Part shown: one piece after another, positions 30,006 to 48,255 of the stretch
How the letters are laid out: the number at the start of each line of letters is the position of its first letter
Numbering within the stretch: position 1 is the stretch's first letter
Source: the human T2T-CHM13v2.0 reference genome, Homo sapiens
Reading direction: 5' to 3' (one strand)
DNA length: 64,000 nucleotides
NCBI RefSeq assembly: GCF_009914755.1
Contig: NC_060946.1
Made by a program: the position numbers and the translations under genes
Notes under the pieces: generated by a model
Seen by the model: only the letters and a program-made list of their open reading frames with translations
The model's database searches: none
Told to the model about the DNA's origin: nothing

Positions 30006-30883
30006 GAACAAGGAAACAAAAGTAACAAGGCTTGACACCAGATGAGCCTGAATCTAAGCAAGAAAAGCCCAGAAGAAATCCCATTTTGGATCACTGGCTG
30101 CATGGTAGTAATACCATACACATAAAGGAAGAGAAGAGGATGTGGCTTTCAGTTTGAATTTTTTGAGCTTAAGGTAAATTTTGTGTAGCTACAAAGAAGC
30201 ATTCAACAGAGAGTTAAACCTATGATGGAAAGACTGAAGAGGTCCAAGCTGTAGAGAAACAGGACTGCAAACCACAAAGGGCTGAATCAGTCAAGGAGAA
30301 CTGCAGGGCGGGATGAACAGGGACTAATGGAACATTTGGATAAGCTGTTGAGAAGAAAGGAGAATTCAGAGAAAAAGAACTGTCAGTGAGGTCATAATAG
30401 AAACTGTTACAGTGAACTAAATATGGCCTGGGAAGGACTCTGTACTTCTAGATTTGAGTCCCTGTGGACAAACTGCAACCTAAATTAATAGGTAGAAAGA
30501 CTGAAAACCTAACTTAGGAGTATGCACCTGTAACTATAGCTGAGTCCTGGCCAATCCCAACTGCCAAACTTCTGCCACTCACACACTGCTGAGTGTTCAG
30601 CTGTGTTCAAATAAGGCAAATGCTGAGCACTGTAACCAGTCCAGTTGTTTCTGGACCTCACTGCTGAGAACGGTAAGGGACCCAGTTGCTTCTGGACCTC
30701 ACTTCTCACTTCAGATTTCTGTACATCACGTTCCCTTTATTGTCTATAAATCTTCCACCATGTAGCTGTGCTGGAGTCTCACCAAATCTGCTGTGATTCT
30801 GGGGGCTGCCTGATTCGTGAATCATTCATTGCTCAATTAAGTTCCTTTAAATTTAATTCAGCTGAAGATTTTCTTTTAATAGA

Positions 30884-30901
30884 TGGTGTCAGAAGTGGGA
30901 T
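30884..30901 (+). other. Retroviral primer-binding site (tRNA-Leu type)
   Basis: TGGTGTCAGAAGTGGGAT starting 3 nt after the end of the 5' LTR. Confidence 0.8.
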
Positions 30902-31019
30902 CTGTGGGAGCAGGACTGCTAGGGCCTCCGGAGCTATAGTGTGGTGAGCAGTGTTGCTAGGGCTTCTAATGACCCCCAGGAGTGCTGAGGTACAAGAAAG
31001 GCACCTGCAAGGACTGCTC

Positions 31020-32282
31020 TGTGATGGCAGCAGTGGTCCACGTGGAGCAGTTGCTACGGAGACACTGGCTGCAGTGGGGAGGAGTGGCTGGGGCTGTGCG
31101 CTCCTCGAAGCTGGTGGGAGCCAGGAACGGGTGGGAGCCCCACCCCTTCTAAATTGGCAAACAGGAGCCCCGCCCTCCCAGGCACAGCTGCAGCCATCCA
31201 GCCATGACTGCAAACCCGGGCATCTTTGCACTCTTAGAGGTCCAGCAAGCCCCCTGCCCCCACAGGCTCAGTCGTACCTGGTCCCACCATCTGGCATCTC
31301 TCCACTCCCAGAGCCCACTCCAACTTCGGATCCAAGTTGAGGCTGAACCCAGGCACAGTCGCAACCCAGCCCGGTTTGTGCAAGCTCAGGGCAGTGCTGA
31401 CATGCCAGCCTCCTGCCACCTCAGCACCCTCCAGACTTTGGGCAGTGACGAGCACAAGTGGGAGGTTGAGGTGGGTCTAAGAGTGGCTCAGCACTGGCCT
31501 GAAGGCACTCCTCAGCTCGAACAGCCTCAGCAATGTGGGCACAGCTAACCACAGTGCATCTCTCTCAGCTGCTGAGAGCTGAACAGATTTTGGGATGACC
31601 TGCCTGCAGAAAGGAGTTACCCACTGCAGTTCTCCTCTGAGCTCTACTGTTGCTCAATAAAGCACCTCTTCACCTTGCTCACCTTCTACTTGCCCACATA
31701 CCTCATTCTTCCTGGACTCAGGACAAGAACTCGGGACCTGCCAACTAGCAGGGCTGAAAGAGGTGTAACATAAACAGGGCTGAAACGCACCCCTTGCTTA
31801 CCAAATTGCAGGCAAGAAGAAGAGAAGAGAGAAGGAGACAAGAGCTGTGGCCCTTCAGGGAGCCCAGACCTAGGAGCTCCCCAAGCCAGGGCTGTGATGC
31901 CTTCTTTGGGGCTCTGCAGTTCCTGCATCTCCAAGTTTCCAGGCACCACTGCATTCCCTGATACACACAGTGGAAGCTGTTTGCAGTCGGTCTGGTCCAG
32001 CTGCAGCCTCACAGGGAGCTGGCACCTGTGCCGGTACCTGGAGCTGCCCACCCCACTGCAGCTGGCATGCTTGGCTGTGTGCAGTGGCCAGATCCCATGC
32101 TTGCTTGCTCACACACCCTTCACTGCTCTGTACCCAGCTCATCCTTGGCAGGTGTGGGATCCACACCACTAGCATGAGCCGAGTGGACAGAACGAACCCA
32201 GTGGGCCTGAGCAAAACACAGGTAAAGGCACCACCAGCCAGAGGTTTCAGGCAGAAAAGTGACGTCTCAGGATTCTGTAACA
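31020..32282 (+). mobile_element. MER52-type solo LTR nested in the MER57 internal region
   Basis: GC-rich ~1.26-kb block from tgtgatggcagcagtgg to ggattctgtaaca, with ctcaataaagc poly-A signal. Confidence 0.7.
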
Positions 32283-33217
32283 CTTGTGCACTTTGACCTC
32301 TCAGAGCAGCTGGGGATCATGGTAAATTCTCTCTCGGATTTCATAGCTCCATGGATTTGTGTTTTGAGCTCTGAGTTTCTTTGAGCAATTTTCTGTTCCA
32401 AACTGCTATCCAGCCATGACTGACTGGATGTTTTAGAACATCCAGAAACGGGACAGTGTCCAGGATCAGATTTGATCCAGTAGTTAACTGTCTTGAATCC
32501 AGTTCCAGTTAGAGACCTCCTACATCTGAATGGGTCAGAAGGAAAGTGGTAGTAAATGATAATTTTGGAGGGTTGTAAAATTTGGCTTTTGAAAATTCAC
32601 AGGGATTTTTGTGTTCTACCCCTTTGTTTCATTTTCCTCGCACGCTTAGGTAGGAAAAAAAATCATTGGCTAAGTCAATCAAGGGAACCTGGGAGTAAAG
32701 ACAATATATTAGGTAACAATAGGATCATTAATTTCTGGAAAACTTAGTTCCTTCTGGCTAATTCATTAGGCCTGGGAAGCAGCAAAGTCTTACAGAAATG
32801 GCAAAATCTTACTAAAGATAACTTACAGTGGAACATTCCAAATGAATAATGCCCTGAAGTGCATTTAAAAATGAGGGCTCCCAAATTAGTCTCGTCTAGG
32901 GATGCCTATTAATATGCAGAAGCTTCTAAAAAGATTTAGAGGTGGCACGGCCTATCTGAGAGCAAGTTTGGGTCTTACCAGTTTGACACTGGGTGCTAAG
33001 CAAAGTGGCACGTGTCTATGTTTTGTCACATGTATTTTGCTCTGAGCAGAATGAAAAATGTTAATTTGGTTACTCCAAGCAACCCCTTGGGCAGCATCTT
33101 ACAAAGCTGAGTGGATTCTTCTTGTGGCTCCATGATTATCATTGTGATGCAGCTTGGCCCCAGAGCTATAATATGGTGAGGAGGGTGACAGAGCAAGACG
33201 TTATCTTTAAAAAAAAT

Positions 33218-33515
33218 GGCCAGGGGCAGTGGCTCACACCTGTAATCCCAACACTTGGGGAGGCCGAGACAGGTGGATCACCTGAGGTCAGGAGTTCAGG
33301 GCCAGCCTGACCAACAAGGAAAAACCCCGTCTCTACTAAAAACACAAAATTAGCTGGGCATGGTGTGACATGTCTCTAATCCCAGCTACTCAGGAGGCTG
33401 GGGCGGGAGAATTGCTTGAACCTGGGAGGCAGGGGGTTGCAGTAAACCGAGATCGCATCATTGCACTCCAGCCTGGGCAACAAGAGGGAAAATCCACCTC
33501 AAAAAAAGAAAAGAA
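33218..33515 (+). mobile_element. Alu
   Basis: Alu dimer. Confidence 0.93.
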
Positions 33516-34647
33516 TAATAGATTTGCCTATAAGGTTTTATGAAAAAGTGGGTGACATTTGGCTTTCTCTCTTTAAAGAAGATTTTCAGAAAATATTAAA
33601 AAATAATGGGAGGAGAAGCCAAGATGGCCGAATAGGAACAGCTCGAGTCTACAGCTCCCAGCATGAGCGACGCAGAAGACGGGTGATTTCTGCATTTCCT
33701 TTTGAGGTACTGGGTTCATCTCACTAGGGAGTGCCAGACAGTGGGTGCAGGACAGTGGGTGAAGTGCACTGTGCACTAGCTGAAGCAGGGCGAGTCATTG
33801 CCTCACTCGGGAAGTGCAAGGGGTCAGGGAGTTAGTTCCCTTTCCTGGTCAAAGAAAGGGGTGACAGAAGGCACCTGGAAAATCGGGCCACTCCTACCCT
33901 AACACTGTGCTTTTCCGACGGGCTTAGGAAATGGCAACCCAGGAGATTATATCCGGCACCTGCCTCGGAGGGTCCTACGCACACGGAGTCTCGCTGATTG
34001 CTAACACAGCAGTCTGAGATCAAACTGCAAGGCAGCAGCAAGGCTGGGGGAGGGGCACCGGCTATTGCCCAGGCTCTCTTAAGTAAACAAAGCAGCCAGG
34101 AAGCTCGAACTGGGTGGAGCCCAACACAGCTCAAGGAGGCCGTCCTGCCTCTGCAGGCTCCACCTCTGGGGGCAGGGCACAGACAAACAAAAAGACAGCA
34201 GTAACCTCTGCAGACTTAAATGTCCCTGTCTGACAGCTTTGAGGAGAGCAGTGGTTCTCCCAGCATGCAGCTGGAGATCTGAGAATGGGCAGACTGTCTC
34301 CTCAAGTGGGTCCCTGACCCTGACCCCCAAGCAGCCTAATTGGGAGGCGCCCCCCAGTAGGGGCAGACTGACACCTCACACGACCGGGTACTCCTCTGAG
34401 ACAAAAATTCCAGAGGAACGATCAGACAGCAGCATTCGCGGATCACGAAAATCCACGGTTTTGCAGACACCACTGCTGATACCCAGGCAAACAGGGTCTG
34501 CAATGGGCCTCTAGCAAACTCCAACAGACCAGAAGCTGAGGGTCATGTCTTTTAGAAGGAAAACTAACAAACAGAAAGGACATCCACACCAAAAACCCAT
34601 CTGTACATCACCATGATCAAAGACCAAAAGTAGATAAAACCACAAAG

Positions 34648-35664
34648 ATGGGGAAAAAACAGAGCAGAAAAACTGGAAACTCTAAAAAGCAGAGCACCTC
34701 TCCTCTGCCAAAGGAATGCAGTTCCTCACCAGCAATGGAACAAAGCTGGACAGAGAATGACTTTGACAAGTTGAGAGAAGAGGGCCTCAAACGATCAAAC
34801 TACTCCGAGCTACAGGAGGAAATTCAAACCAAAGGCAAAGAAGTTGAAAACTTTGAAAAAACTTTAGACGAATGTGTAACTAGAATAACCAATATAGAGA
34901 AGTGCTTAAAGGAGCTGATGGAGCTGAAAGCCAAGGCTCGAGAACTATGTGAAGAATGCAGAAGCCTCAGGAGATGATGAGATCAACTGGAAGAAAGCGT
35001 ATCAGTGATGAAAGATGAAATGAATGAAATGAAGCAAGAAGGGAAGTTTAGAAAAAAAAGAATAAAAAGAAATGAACAAAGCCTCCAAGAAATATGGGAC
35101 TATGTGAAAAGACCAAATCTGCGTCTGATTGGTGTACCTGAAAATGACGGGGAGAATGGAACCAAGTTGGAAAACACTCTGCAGGATATCATCCAGGAGA
35201 ACTTCCCCAATCCAGCAAAGCAAGCCAACATTCAGATTCAGGAAATACAGAGAACACCACAAAGATACTCCTCGAGAACAGCAACTCCAAGACATATAAT
35301 TGTGAGATTCACCAAAGTTGAAATGAAGAAAAAAATGTTAAGGGCAACCAGAGAGAAAGGTCAGGTTACCCACAAAGGGAAGCCCATCAGAATAACTGCT
35401 GATCTCTCGGCAGAAACTCTACAAGCAAGAAGAGAGTGGGTGCCAACATTCAACAATCTTACAGAAAAGAATTTTCAACCCAGAATTTCATATTCAGCCA
35501 AACTAAGCTTCATAAGTGAAGGAGAAATAAAATACTTTACAGACAAGCAAATGCTGAGCGATTTTGTCACCACCAGGCCTGCCCTAAAAGAGCTCCTGAA
35601 GGAAGCACTAAACATGGAAAGGCACAATCGGTACCAGCCACTGCAAAAACATGCCAAATTGTAA
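34648..35664 (+). pseudogene. L1 ORF1p, broken by tandem in-frame stops at 34975-34980
   Basis: MGKKQSRKTGNSK...CRSLRR** continues in frame to ...ERHNRYQPLQKHAKL. Confidence 0.93.
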
Positions 35665-35727
35665 AGAACATCAAGACTAGGAAGAAACTGCGTCAATTAA
35701 CGAGCAAAATAACCAGCTAACATCATA

Positions 35728-39542
<3,815 letters not shown>

Positions 39543-40196
39543 ACAATGAGAACACATGGACACAGGAAGGGGAACATCACACTCTGGGGACTGTTGTGGG
39601 GTGGGCAGAGGGAGGAGGGATAGCATTAGGAGATATACCTAATGCTAAATGACGAGTTAATGGGTGTAGCACACCAGACTGGCACATGTATACATATGTA
39701 ACTAACTGGCACATTGTGCACATAAACCGTAAAACTTAAAGTATAATAATAATAATAGTAATGATAAAATAAAATAATGAAAAATTTGTTTGCCTTGTAA
39801 ATAAATTACCAAAAAAAAAAAGGAAAAACAAGAGGCAGATTATTTGTGGAGATAAGTCTTCCCCCTATCAATGAGTAAAGATTTTTGCCCTTTAAAAATT
39901 TTTTAAGTCATGATTTTAGGTAAATGAATGACTTACGTTGACGTGGAATTCTATTTCATAACATCAAGTGTTTAAACCTTTAATATATTTAATAGGCTTC
40001 CCAAAATCAAATTGCATCTTCAAAATTTTATGTTCTGACCTCTAACTTTGGGATACTACAGAGGCCCCTGAAGCACCCAAAAGAGAGGTAAACAGGACTA
40101 TTTAACATGTTAAGTCACATGGCTAGCACTGTCAAAATAAAAAATAATGTTGAACCTTCTTTAGGTTATATTCAGTGTGTCATCAATCCATTCTAA

Positions 40197-40515
<319 letters not shown>

Positions 40516-40826
40516 CCTAATTATGGTTATTAAGTTATTGTAGACCACAGAAATAACCAAATTTCCTTGTCATTTGTCTTTATCTATAACTATTTAAAGT
40601 CATTTCCACAGTTAATTGCTTAATGGTGATGCAGTTTCTAAAAACTTCACAAGCATGCAAAATTCTAGAATATGGTGTCTCTTAGAAGATTCATGAAAGA
40701 ATGAAAAGGATCCTGAAAAACACTCGTGAACACAGATTTTTAATAACTTTAATATCATGGGTAAAAATTCCCCATAAGTTCCCTGATACCCCAAGAATTG
40801 GACAGGTTAAGAATTCTCAAAAGTTA

Positions 40827-41115
<289 letters not shown>

Positions 41116-42425
41116 TCCCAAAAATTTAATAAAAAGACCAACTGGTTTATAAAACTGCTAACCTAAGTAAAACAAAAATTGTATACCAAGGAAATATTTT
41201 GCCACATTTGCATGCTAAATCACCAATATTGAAATTGATTAGATATATAATTTAAATAATCTCCATGGTCTAAGTCAAATCACCTATAACTACTCATCAG
41301 TTACCAGTGCCATGCACCTAATTTGGAGAAACAGCTGGTATTCAAGAGGATGTAAGTCTAATGTTAATTAAGCACAGACTTATGAAGAACCAGGATGGCC
41401 ACCTTATCCTTCTTAAGTCCTTAAAACTTTTGTTATTAAAAGTTCTGCATTCCATAACTCATCATGGAAAGAGAAAATGATCCAAATTAAATATATTGGT
41501 GTGGTGATTTCTAAACTGCTAAAATAGTTTATAACCAATGTTTGGTTTGTCAATACTATATTTCTAGGAAAACAATCAAAACTTCAGGTACATTTGGTTA
41601 CCTGATGGGCCATTTAAACATTTTATAAAGGGATTTCATTCAGTTGTCATTTTCAGTGCATGTTTTCTGATTGTATAAAAACTTCCATGCGAGAGAGTTG
41701 ATGTTAAAACAGTAGATAATTACCCTGAAGTGTATTTTCACCAGGTAAAGAAAGCCTTTTATGGTTCACTGAGGACAGTCAAACCCTTCAAAATCTAGAA
41801 TCTGATGACTGGATCTTCTGAGAACATCAGAGAAGGACTGCCCTTGCCATCCACATGACAGCAAAAATTTAAAACCTTAAACTTTGGGTTCATAGTCTCA
41901 CAACTCAGAAGGGTCCCTCCACACTCGGAACCATATGCCCATTGGAACCCTTAAGGTAAAGCTAACAAGGACAGTTCCCCCCAGAAGAAGATGGCATCCT
42001 TAATGTGAACAGCTTTTCCCAAGATCACAGATCAAGACTTCTCTACTATCATGAGACACTTATCTTAAGTATCTGTGCAGCTGCTAACACTTACAGCATG
42101 TGGAGAAAACATGGTGTATTATAAAGATTTGGTTGTAGGGAATTAACAAAAAAACCCACTTAGTTAAGCAAGTAAACTCTTTATCTAATTCATTCTTTAA
42201 TCTATTTGATTTTAGGTGGTTTGATTTATGGGGACCCTGAGTTAGGAGCATATACCAAATTCTTGGTGTTATCCCAATAGTCATAAGAGTCTCCCTGGTG
42301 CACTGTACTTACTCAAATGTTTTAAGAGTTTGCATGCAGGCATCTCTAAAATATCAAATGGTATCTCTTCAACTGGAATGACAAGAGATTAAAAAAAAGT
42401 GCAACCATAAGGACACCGTAACCTA

Positions 42426-43305
42426 TGAGTGACATGCTAAACCGGAAACCCAAAACAATGGGGGTGACATGCTAAACCAGAAACCCAAAACAATGGGAGC
42501 GATGTACTAAAACTGGAACCCAAAACAATGGGAGTGATGTGCACTAAAACCAGAACCCAAAACAATGGGAGTGACGTGCTAAACCAGAAACCCAAAACAA
42601 TGGGAGTGACTTGCTAAAACTGGAACCCAAAACAATGGGAGTGACGTGCCAAAAGCGGAAACGAAAACAAGGGGAGTGATGTGCTTAAACCAGAACCCAA
42701 AACAATGGGAGTGACCTGCGAAACCAGAAACCCAAAACAATGGGAGTGACGTGCTAAACCAGAAACCCAAAACAATGAGAGTGATATACTAAAACTGGAA
42801 CCCAAAACAATGGGGGTGACGAACACTAAAATCAGAATCCAAAACAATGGGAGTGACTTGCTAAAACTGGAACCCAAAACAATGGGAGTGATGTGCTAAA
42901 ACCGGAAATGAAAACAATGGGAGTGATGTGCTAAAACCGGAACCCAAAACAATGGGAGTGACCTGCTAAACCAGAAACCCCAAACAATGGGAGCATCCTG
43001 CTAAACCAGAAACCGAAAACAATTGGAGTGATCTGCTAAACCAGAAACCCAAAACAATGGGAGTGACGTGCTAAAACTGGAACCCAAAACAATGGGAGTG
43101 ACGTGCTAAAACCGGAACCCAAAACAGTGGGAGTGACCTGCAAAACCAGAAACCCAAAACAATGGGAGTGACGTGCTAAAACCAGAAACCCAAAACAATG
43201 GGATCATCCTGCTAAACCAGAAACCCAAAACAATGGGAGTGACGTGCTAAAACCAGAACCCAAAACAATGGGATCATCCTGCTAAACCAGAAACCCAAAA
43301 CAGTG
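42426..43305 (+). repeat. 35-bp VNTR, ~25 copies, inside the ERV internal region
   Basis: Unit ctaaaacc(a/g)gaacccaaaacaatgggagtgacgtg. Confidence 0.95.
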
Positions 43306-43382
43306 GTAACTAAGAGTGATGCTAAGGCCCTACATTTTGGTCACACTCTCAACTAAGTGAGAACTTGACTGAAAAGGAGGAC

Positions 43383-43674
43383 TTTTTTTTTCTAATACAG
43401 AGTCTTGGTCTGTCCCCCAGAGTGGAGTGCAGTGGCACAATCTTGGCTCACTGCAAGCTCTGCCTCCCAGGTTCAGGCCATTCTCCTACCTCAGCCTCCT
43501 GAGTAGCTGGGACTACAGGCACCCACCAACACACTTCGCTAATTTTTTGTATTTTTAGTAGAGATGGGGTTTCACCATATTAGCAAGGATGGTCTCAATC
43601 TCCTGACCTCGTGATCTGCCCACCTCAGCCTCCCAAAGTGCTGGGATTACATGTGTGAGCCACCGCGCCCAGCC
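43383..43674 (-). mobile_element. Alu (Y-like)
   Basis: Reverse-complement Alu flanked by an aaaaggagga duplication. Confidence 0.93.
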
Positions 43675-44488
43675 AAAAGGAGGAATTTTTTAAGCAAAAT
43701 TATGGGAGGCCATTGTTTTGAACTAAACTCATGCAATAGGTCCCAACAGACCAAACCAAACCAAAATGGAGTCACTCATGCTAAATGTAACATAATCAAA
43801 CTAAGACTTTAAGGAAACACATAAATCCTAGAACAAACTAGGTTTTGTTTTTCTCCTGTAAACAGGATGTTCCAGCATAAGAAGATACCTTCTACTCAAG
43901 TCCTTGTTCCACCTTTTCAAATCTCACTGGTCTATTTCCCAGTGGGTTTCTAAACCAAGTAAGTACATTTGCAATGGTAATAGTCACACCAGTGACTGAA
44001 GTTTTGGCCAATCTCTCATAATTGAGAAAATAACCAAAGGGAAGGCATTGTTAAAGTGAACTAAGTATGGCCTGAGAAGGACTCCATAATTCTATATATG
44101 AGTCCTTGTGGATGAACTGTAACCTACCTTAATAGGTATACAAGAATGAAAAACTAACTTAAGAGTATGCACCTGGAACAACAGCTACATCTTGGCCAAT
44201 CCCAATGACCAAACTTCAACCTCTCAGGCACTGCCAAATGTTCAAAATGTGTTCAAACAAGGCAAACACTGAGTTGTTTCGGTACCTCACTTCCGATTTC
44301 GGTATGCCATTTCCCTTTTGTCTATAAATCTTCTTCCATCACATGACTGCGCTGGAGTCTCTGTGAATCTGCTGTGATTCTGGGGACTGCATGATTCGTG
44401 AATCGTTTATTACTCTATTAAACTCCTTTAAAGTTTTTCTTTTAACAGAACTAACACAGAAGAATTTCCAGATCATGAACAGATGTTT

Positions 44489-45091
44489 TGTAATACCCAA
44501 CGTTGTAACATGAATAGACTCTTCCTTAGATAGCTAACCTTGTTTTTAATATGAATAGACCCTCCCTTAGCTGAGAAAACCAGACAAACTCCATTTGGCT
44601 CCTTCATTTACAAGACATCAAGGGCTCCCTACCCACCCCCTTTCCTCAAGGACTTTAACTTGTGCAAGCTGACTTTCAACATATCAAAGAGTGGAATTAA
44701 CTGATAAAGTGCTGAGACAAGCGATGTCTGCAGTTCCCAGCAATTTATTCAGAGATAATATCATAAAGCCCCACATTTGTCTGGCAGATATTGCCCAGAG
44801 CCCCCTCACCTATCACTTTGTGGTGAATTTAAAGCCCCTGCACTGGGAACAGTTTGTTTTCCTGTAACCATCTGTCTTTTTAAATTTTTTGTCTGTTATT
44901 ATCTTCTGTAAAGTTGCTGCAGCTAGAATCCCCCCTCCCCTCTTTAAACCAAAGTATAAAAGAAAATCTTGTCCCTTCTTCGGGGCCGAGAGAATTTCGT
45001 GCGTTAGCCGTCTCTCAGTCACCAGCTAATAAAGGACCCCTGAATTCGTCTCAAAGTGTGGCGTTTATCTCTAAATCACTCGGGTACGACA
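44489..45091 (+). mobile_element. Solo ERV1 LTR (LTR10-like)
   Basis: TG...CA ends (tgtaatacc...gggtacgaca), perfect 4-bp TSD GTTT (44485-88 and 45092-95), TATA gtataaaa and AATAAA. Confidence 0.8.
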
Positions 45092-45871
45092 GTTTCAACT
45101 ATGGTAGAAGACTTGAGTAAGGCAAATACAGTCCCCCTAAATTTGACTATTATTTACGTTAATGGTGAGTTTAGAAGAAATAAGTTAAGACTACAAAGAG
45201 TGGGCTAAAGTGCAAATAAACACTGGAAATATTTCCCAGAAAATATGACTTTGAACAGGCTGCTGCACACCCTGCATGTAGAGATAAACTAAGAAAAATA
45301 TCTGGAGAGTTATTTAAGGACCTATGGTTAACTCAGTACTCAAGATGTTCTGGGTTTCATCCATGAATCAAGGAGGACCTCCCAAAAGCTGTTTGGGACC
45401 ACACTCTTTGAGCAATGAGCACAACTTATGATGGAAGCTGTGCTTTAGCGGAAGATGACCGTTTCCACTGCACAACACTACAAGTGGTTACTGCCAGGCC
45501 GGTGTGAAATATGTTCCAGCACATAATCTATGTCACCAATGAAGGTGGTGGTTCGGACTTGGTACACACAAGCTTTCCTGTCCCACAAGAACACAGCATG
45601 CTCTCTTCTCGGGTTCCATTCCAATCACGTAACAAATATGACTGCCTTTTTTGTCTCGGCATCAGAAAGATCAGAGGAAAATTTCCACCCAACTTAGACA
45701 ACTCTAAGCTCTTATAACCTGCCTATATCTACAGGTCAGCTTTATCTTATTTATGTATATTTCCTTCAACCTGAGTTTTACTTATTTCTACTTTTCCTTT
45801 TTAATTCACAGACACCCATAAACTCAGAAAATACAGTGTAAAACAAAGTGAAGAACAAGTAAACAACTCAC

Positions 45872-45930
45872 CAGAGATTTATTCGTTTCTTGTTGCTCTT
45901 GGAAACACCCAGAGGACACTGGAAACATAG
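45872..45930 (-). pseudogene. ZNF717-like first coding exon (MFPVSSGCFQEQQETNKSL), orphaned from KRAB/ZF exons
   Basis: Acceptor ttgccttctatcccag|, ATG at 45928, phase-0 donor CTG|gtgagt. The peptide closely matches the ZNF717 N-terminus as recalled (MFPVFSGCFQELQEKNKSL). Confidence 0.8.
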
Positions 45931-47860
45931 CTGGGATAGAAGGCAAATGACGTGGATTAAGGAGAGAACTGGTGTGGTGTGGTCCCAGATTCTTCTGCCC
46001 AATGCTCTAGACACATTACCTGGGAAAGCCCTCCTCCCTCCTGAAAAAGAAAAACTTCCCCGTGGGAGAAGAGTCCTTCACGCCTCATTAGGGGCAGCAG
46101 AGGCTCAAGTTAAGATAAGATACATAGACAAGTACATTAATTGGTAGACATTAGATGCACAATTTATTTTTGAATAAAAATATGTATTACCTACTAATTT
46201 AGTAACAATATTATCTAAAGATATAATCTAATAATTTAATACAAAGAAACATTATAAGTTCACTAAAATAAATGTTATAGAAATATACTGGGCTGTATTA
46301 ACTATTTTCCTATTAATATGTAGATTCCACAAATAACTTCATATGAGTGTTCCCATGACAGTACCTCTTGCTTTTCTATACCTGAACATCGTGGAAAGTG
46401 CATCTTGCAAACCAGCAATTTTGGCCTACAATTACGTTTTTTAAAATGTACATAATATGTATTTCCTGCAGTACACCATTCTACTCATGTTTCCCAATAA
46501 CACCTTTCCTTCTATCCAAGCCCTCATATTATGCTCTGACAATAAATTGGGCTTTTCCATCTGACTTGTCCAGTGAATGGACAATGGAAAATGTGATGCA
46601 AATATCCATTGGTTCTTCCCTTTTTGGGAGAAATTTTGAAGAGGTCTGGAGCTACCCTGTTGGAGACACAGGGCCTAGCCAAGAGTCACCACAAACCACC
46701 AGATTGTGAAGGAAACTATCTTAAACCAACCAGGCTCAGTCAACGCACCAGGTGACTAAGGCCTTTTTGTAATCCAGGCAACACAAATATATCAACTACC
46801 CAGCTGAATCCACCACACCAAAGTGCAGATCCACAGAACTTCATACAAATAAAATGGTGATTGTTTTTTATAAGCCAGTAAGGTTTAATTAGTTCCTTAA
46901 ACAGCAAGTATTAACTGTTACACCTAAGTGAACAGAATTCACTTCTGTGTTTTTAACAAAATTATGTAGGGGGAGAAAATCTTAAATTACAAATCAAATA
47001 CAATCAATAGAACTTCGCAATCTAATGCTAAATTTGGGGATGGACTAGGTTTAATATATCTCAGACGCGAAAAAACGAGCTAAGATTGAAGGAATGGGAC
47101 TGTGTTTGGAGAGTATTTTAATCCTCTCAAGTATGACAGGTCACTGCTGTACCCCAGACCACACTTTCAGGCCCCTTCAAATAAGGAATATTTCCTAAGT
47201 CCTTGCCTGTTCTTCTCAGCTGAATTCACCTCAACCTTCTGAAAGTTCGTCCAAACCTTCTACTATCACCTAGTCTTTGCAAATCTTGTGCATTCTAGGG
47301 AGTAGAATTAATATTTCCTGAGCAAGGAAAACTGGGATCTTCACCTGTGACCTTTTTTCCTCCTCTGAAGCACCAGTGAGAGGTTAGACCAGATGGCTGT
47401 TCTTTCAAGTGCGCTTCTTATTCTTAGGGAACCCTCCCTTTCAAACTTTGTAACACACAGTTAAGACTGAAGTACCCTTAAGGCTGACGACCATCATCTA
47501 TTATGCCATCTCCCTTGTGGAATCAGTGAGTTCTTCCCTGGAAACTAGGTCTCGTATAAACTTCTGTAAATGCGACCCAGGAGGACTAGGCAGGTCACAC
47601 AGTGAAGGAGGGAACCAGAAACTTCACTTGCTAAAGAGACACCAGGAAACCCAACTAATACAAACACCAAGTTTAAGACTAGCGGCGCACGCGTTTCACA
47701 CTACTCCTCTGGGAATGGGGAAAGTCTCCTGAGAACTGTGTGTTAGCACTGGGACAGATGGGCAAACTGAGCATCATGCGGGTTGGTAACCGTGTCCCTC
47801 AGCGGCAGGACAGGAGCGCGGCCTGCAGACTCTGGGCCTAGGGCCACTGGCCTCTCCTAC

Positions 47861-48150
47861 CCGCTCCTGTGCCTCTAGAACCCGCTTCACTGCTGGGACC
47901 CCACGCCTGTCCTCCCAGCCTCCGCCTGGGTCCGTGGCCCGCACCTGCTCTTCAGGCCCTGCCCTCCCGCGATTCGCCCATGCGTCTGCTTCCACAACTA
48001 GGGAACACTGGTCCGGCCCCCTGGGATTCCCTGAGGCCTACGGGTTCCTCTTGGCCCTTGCACCGACCCACAGGGACATAGAACCAAGCCCCAAGCCGGC
48101 CCAGCTACAGGACCGACTCTGGGTGCCACACTTCCGGAGGAAAATGGCGG
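47861..48150 (-). other. Non-coding exon 1 of the ZNF717-like unit
   Basis: GC-rich segment ending in donor GCGG|gtagga (47861/47860), just downstream of the promoter motif cluster. The 5' end is approximate. Confidence 0.6.
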
Positions 48151-48255
48151 AGTGGGCCGGGCGGCGCATGCGCAGAGAGAAAAGCTGGTTCCCAAGGTCC
48201 TTGATGGTAACATCATTGGAAGGAGACACCACAATTCCCATGAGGCTTTGCGGTC
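48125..48255. promoter_or_regulatory. CpG-rich housekeeping/KRAB-ZNF-type promoter: ETS, YY1, NRF1 and ZNF143 motifs
   Basis: CACTTCCGG 48129-37, AAAATGGCGG 48141-50, GCGCATGCGC 48164-73, ACCACAATTCCCATGAGGCTTTGCG 48228-52. Confidence 0.85.

Noticed and set aside
30833-32296. Cluster of overlapping 100-137-aa ORFs
   Set aside because: They lie in a GC-rich MER52-type LTR; no gag/pol/env motifs recognised.
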